From Escherichia phage JMPW1, in sequence record NC_041874.1: DNA of 49,628 nucleotides; one strand, given 5' to 3'. This document shows, one piece after another, positions 47,133-49,628 of the stretch (position 1 is the first letter of the stretch; every line of letters starts with the position of its first letter). Below the pieces are notes generated by a model. That model had not been told where the DNA came from and did no database searches. It was given only the letters and a program-made list of their open reading frames with translations. A program made the translations under genes and the position numbers.

Positions 47133-47452
47133 TTTTTACCGTCCCACGTTTGATATGCCGTAACCAGGTTAATGCTGTGGTCGAACTCGTCAACGCTAAG
47201 CGATCCGATTCTAACAAGCTCTTTGTCGTGCTTAATATCAATCATCCGGCTATATGGATGGCCTGGCACATACTTGAACAGTCGTTTGCTGTCGGCAATG
47301 TCTGCGTTGATTCCGTAGAATCGGCCTACCGCCGCCTTAACGCGCTCCATGATGTTTTTTTCGTGGATTGCCGCCGCGTTATTTAGTGCCGCAACCGTGC
47401 TTCCGTTAATCTTCGGTGACTTCGTTGTGATTTTGTAAGTGTGGTTCATCAT
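47129..47452 (-). CDS. hypothetical protein (about 107 aa), paralog of 47659-48030
   Basis: AGGGGG SD before ATGATG at 47452/47449; ERVKAAVGRFYGINAD block shared with EKAVRAALTAYYGVSD. Confidence 0.5.
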   Translation of the reverse strand: MMNHTYKITTKSPKINGSTVAALNNAAAIHEKNIMERVKAAVGRFYGINADIADSKRLFKYVPGHPYSRMIDIKHDKELVRIGSLSVDEFDHSINLVTAYQTWDGKK

Positions 47453-47465
47453 TCCCCCTAACCAG

Positions 47466-47684
47466 TCAGGATAGCTTTCGCGCTTCATCAATGATAACAG
47501 GCTCAAGGCGTTCAAGTCGAACGCGGAACGAGTTCATAAATCCTTCGTTGTTCTTCAGTAGTTCGAATGCGTCTGTAGCTTCAATGGCGCTATTCCCCAT
47601 GTAGGCAATTACTTTTTTCTGAGTCTTACGTGAGATCGCCACTACGCGGTAAATATTATCACTCATACAATGCCTCTTTAACAC
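47466..47684 (-). CDS. hypothetical protein (72 aa)
   Basis: ORF track; overlaps upstream gene end by 26 nt. Confidence 0.45.
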   Translation of the reverse strand: MLKRHCMSDNIYRVVAISRKTQKKVIAYMGNSAIEATDAFELLKNNEGFMNSFRVRLERLEPVIIDEARKLS

Positions 47685-48030
47685 GATCCGCTACACATGA
47701 GTTAACGGTGATTGAATAGTTAGCCACGCCCCATAATGCAATATTGCCAAGCTCGGTACGCATTGATGGATTGTTTAGCTGAATGATTGTCTCGCCAGTA
47801 TCTTTATCGACGAAGCGAGACACGCCAGAATGGTCCACCACGCGCGTTACTCGGTTCACGCACTCCATTGCATCACTTACACCATAATAGGCGGTTAGGG
47901 CGGCTCTCACGGCCTTCTCTTGCTTGTTGTAAATCTTGCGAGCGATGTTCTCGATCGCTACGCTTTCTTTCTCGTCAGTCTGGATTGCCGTGCTGGCTGA
48001 GAAGTCCAGATCTGTGAACTGCTTAAACAT
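47659..48030 (-). CDS. hypothetical protein (123 aa), paralog of 47129-47452
   Basis: ACGAGGAAATAATC-ATG after cassette 48062-48104. Confidence 0.5.
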   Translation of the reverse strand: MFKQFTDLDFSASTAIQTDEKESVAIENIARKIYNKQEKAVRAALTAYYGVSDAMECVNRVTRVVDHSGVSRFVDKDTGETIIQLNNPSMRTELGNIALWGVANYSITVNSCVADRVKEALYE

Positions 48031-48061
48031 GATTATTTCCTCGTTTGCTGCTGATGGGATG

Positions 48062-48104
48062 ACTATACCAGCCATCCCGGATGCGCGTTTAGCAAAAAGT
48101 GCTA
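48062..48104 (-). promoter_or_regulatory. palindrome-promoter cassette
   Basis: Minus strand: TAGCActtttTGCTA, 22 nt, TGgTATAGT (48067-48062); hairpin GGGATG/CATCCC. Confidence 0.6.
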
Positions 48105-48105
48105 T

Positions 48106-48291
48106 TTAGAATTTTACTTCCTCAACAAGCTCAACCATTTTATAACCCAGGCGATATGAGTCGCCGAACAACAACAGACCCATAAATTCATCGTTGGTTA
48201 TCGACTCCTTACCAACAGTTTTAAGTTCTCCGTTGTGAATCACAGTATCGCCGATCTTGATTTCTGATTTATGCACTAATTTCGTTTTCAT
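48106..48291 (-). CDS. hypothetical protein (61 aa)
   Basis: ORF track; its stop lies next to palindrome 48090-48104. Confidence 0.5.
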   Translation of the reverse strand: MKTKLVHKSEIKIGDTVIHNGELKTVGKESITNDEFMGLLLFGDSYRLGYKMVELVEEVKF

Positions 48292-48306
48292 TTGTTAGCC
48301 TGTTAA

Positions 48307-48492
48307 TTAAAAGAACGCTACATAGTTTGCAATACCTTTTGCATCGTCGTTAGGCATCGCCTTGACAGCCAGGTCATAACCAGCCTCTACCTTCTGCTTT
48401 GCTGATTCTTCGTTGTATCCCCAAATAACCAGGATTTTAACTACGTTTTCTTTGTTCAGAACTTTAAGGTATTTAGTGATGCGACGTGCCAT
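48307..48492 (-). CDS. hypothetical protein (61 aa)
   Basis: GAGGAAAAACAAA-ATG after cassette 48526-48568. Confidence 0.5.
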   Translation of the reverse strand: MARRITKYLKVLNKENVVKILVIWGYNEESAKQKVEAGYDLAVKAMPNDDAKGIANYVAFF

Positions 48493-48525
48493 TTTGTTTT
48501 TCCTCAATCTCGTTTCGATGAGGTA

Positions 48526-48568
48526 ATTATGCCAAATCGCACCGATCGAGTTTTAACAAAAAGTGCTA
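48526..48568 (-). promoter_or_regulatory. palindrome-promoter cassette
   Basis: Minus strand: TAGCActtttTGTTA, 22 nt, TGgCATAAT (48531-48526). The palindrome lies inside the last codons of the C5-MTase gene. Confidence 0.55.
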
Positions 48569-49257
48569 TTTGCGATCGCTTTGAAAAATCCACGAGGAGA
48601 TAAGGAACGTATCAGCTTCGTTTTGGCAGACTTGCCGCCCAGCTTGTTTTGCTGTGCAGAGTACCCGTCATGCAGGTTTACAGGCTTCCTTTCTGGCATG
48701 ACAAAGTCGTCCGAAGTCCAAAGACAAGTTTTCTTCGGGTAAGCATCGCGCGGCGCAATATACATCGGGAACCAGGGGTGTGCGTCATTCTCAGGAAGAT
48801 AGCCGCCATACTCCCAGGGATTGAAAGTGTGGTCAGCCTTTCGCCAGGCTGATGACAGGACGCTAACCGGATTCTCAATGATGTAAGTCACACCCAGGCT
48901 ATCACCGATGTTCGCGGCAATCCGGGCGGTGGCAACAGCTTTCTCCTGGAATAGCGGATCACGTTTACGCTTGCTGGCAAAGTGTCGAGCACCACTAACG
49001 GCCAGGTCAGTGCACGGCGGGAAGGCCATAATGAAATCCGGCTTGCCATACACACCCGCGATCGCATCACGTTCGAACGTTTCATCAATGAACACGTTCA
49101 CATACTCAATGTTGGGATGCTCTACCCGGGCATTGTACTTTGCATAATCTCCGTGATCGGCTCCGTCAAAGTTGAAGCACATCACTTTATGACCTTGCTT
49201 TGCCAGTTCATGACCAGCCAGGCCCGAGCCGTCGAATAGTGACCAGATTAATTTCAT
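48553..49257 (-). CDS. DNA (cytosine-5)-methyltransferase, compact form
   Basis: Motif I LFDGSG, motif IV FPPCTDLAVSG (PC), motif VI IIENPV. The 3' end encodes palindrome 48554-48568. Confidence 0.8.
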   Translation of the reverse strand: MKLIWSLFDGSGLAGHELAKQGHKVMCFNFDGADHGDYAKYNARVEHPNIEYVNVFIDETFERDAIAGVYGKPDFIMAFPPCTDLAVSGARHFASKRKRDPLFQEKAVATARIAANIGDSLGVTYIIENPVSVLSSAWRKADHTFNPWEYGGYLPENDAHPWFPMYIAPRDAYPKKTCLWTSDDFVMPERKPVNLHDGYSAQQNKLGGKSAKTKLIRSLSPRGFFKAIANSTFC

Positions 49258-49466
49258 TTCGTTACCTCCTGGAAAACAGTTTGTCCGCTATTGGTCAGGA
49301 AGCGCCCGATCTTATTCATTGACCGGAACACGCCGATCTGATTCTGATGATTGTCAGTCGCGAAGTAACCGCCATCAATAAGGTAGATTTCATACACTGA
49401 TTGATTCGTGAAGCTGTCAGTGCTGACGCTAACACATCGTACGGTACATTCAAATTCTGGTTCCAT
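49254..49466 (-). CDS. hypothetical protein (70 aa), first gene of leftward early operon
   Basis: AACCAATCAGAGGACTCAGGCA-ATG after cassette 49499-49542. Confidence 0.5.
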   Translation of the reverse strand: MEPEFECTVRCVSVSTDSFTNQSVYEIYLIDGGYFATDNHQNQIGVFRSMNKIGRFLTNSGQTVFQEVTK

Positions 49467-49498
49467 TGCCTGAGTCCTCTGATTGGTTGATGTGATGA

Positions 49499-49542
49499 AT
49501 CATACCCTGCCGACCTGGCTGAGTCGTTAGCAAAAAATGCTA
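49499..49542 (-). promoter_or_regulatory. palindrome-promoter cassette (first of leftward operon)
   Basis: Minus strand: TAGCAtttttTGCTA, 23 nt, TATGAT (49504-49499); AACCAATCAGAGGA leader. Confidence 0.5.
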
Positions 49543-49628
49543 TTCCAATAATTGCTCATTATTCCATCAATAGCGGAATAGGTGGAATAATTCTGATTGC
49601 GATTGATTGCAAATGATGAAACGTGATT

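Overview
The 49,628-bp window reads as one essentially complete, arbitrarily linearised genome of a T1-like (Drexlerviridae-type) enterobacterial siphophage. No rRNA, tRNA, CRISPR array, integrase or transposase was found. This identification comes from remembered protein-family hallmarks; no database search was possible.

Gene layout:
- 525-9322 (+): about 25 small early genes, mostly ORFans. Recognisable products are a DUF3850/ASCH-like protein, a T4-Pnkp-like HAD 3'-phosphatase and a dNMP-kinase-like P-loop protein.
- 9407-30343 (+): a lambda/T1-style late operon. In order: TerS, TerL, portal, Mu-F-like head protein, scaffold, two decoration paralogs, major capsid, connectors, major tail, G/GT chaperone with an A_AAA_AAC -1 frameshift, tape measure, M, L, K, I, J, and two post-J proteins.
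- 30365-30592 (-): a Cor/Llp-type lipoprotein.
- 31117-33365 (+): RecE-like exonuclease, Erf and SSB.
- 33396-36793 (-): tail fibre with an S74 chaperone domain, primase, and an HTH protein.
- 36887-43798 (+): SF2 helicase, VRR-NUC nuclease, Dam methylase, an HTH-metallophosphoesterase, then holin, SAR-type endolysin and a unimolecular spanin.
- 43808-49466 (-): a DUF3987 helicase-like protein, small ORFans and a C5-cytosine methyltransferase.

The most unusual signals are non-coding:
1. A 15-bp palindrome, TAGCA-N5-TG(C/T)TA, is reiterated about 24 times. In about 19 copies it sits a fixed 21-23 nt (usually 22) upstream of a (TGn)TATAGT-like -10 hexamer. A covarying hairpin and a conserved leader follow, so the whole unit looks like a portable promoter cassette.
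2. The same palindrome sits in operator-like positions at late promoters (terS, capsid, tail chaperone, tail fibre).
3. Two paralogous ~0.4-0.5-kb divergent control regions (about 1-520 and 30600-31116) share GATTGCA repeats, TGTAAYA-N-TGTCTA iterons and an identical AT-rich 17-mer.

Other points worth a second look:
- A 69-aa acidic protein ends in an SSB-like tail (DDDNYIPW).
- One early gene carries an in-frame stop.
- Intrinsic terminators are fused to SD sequences inside the late operon.
- Several coupled micro-ORFs each encode a single hydrophobic helix.
- Several small paralog families are present.
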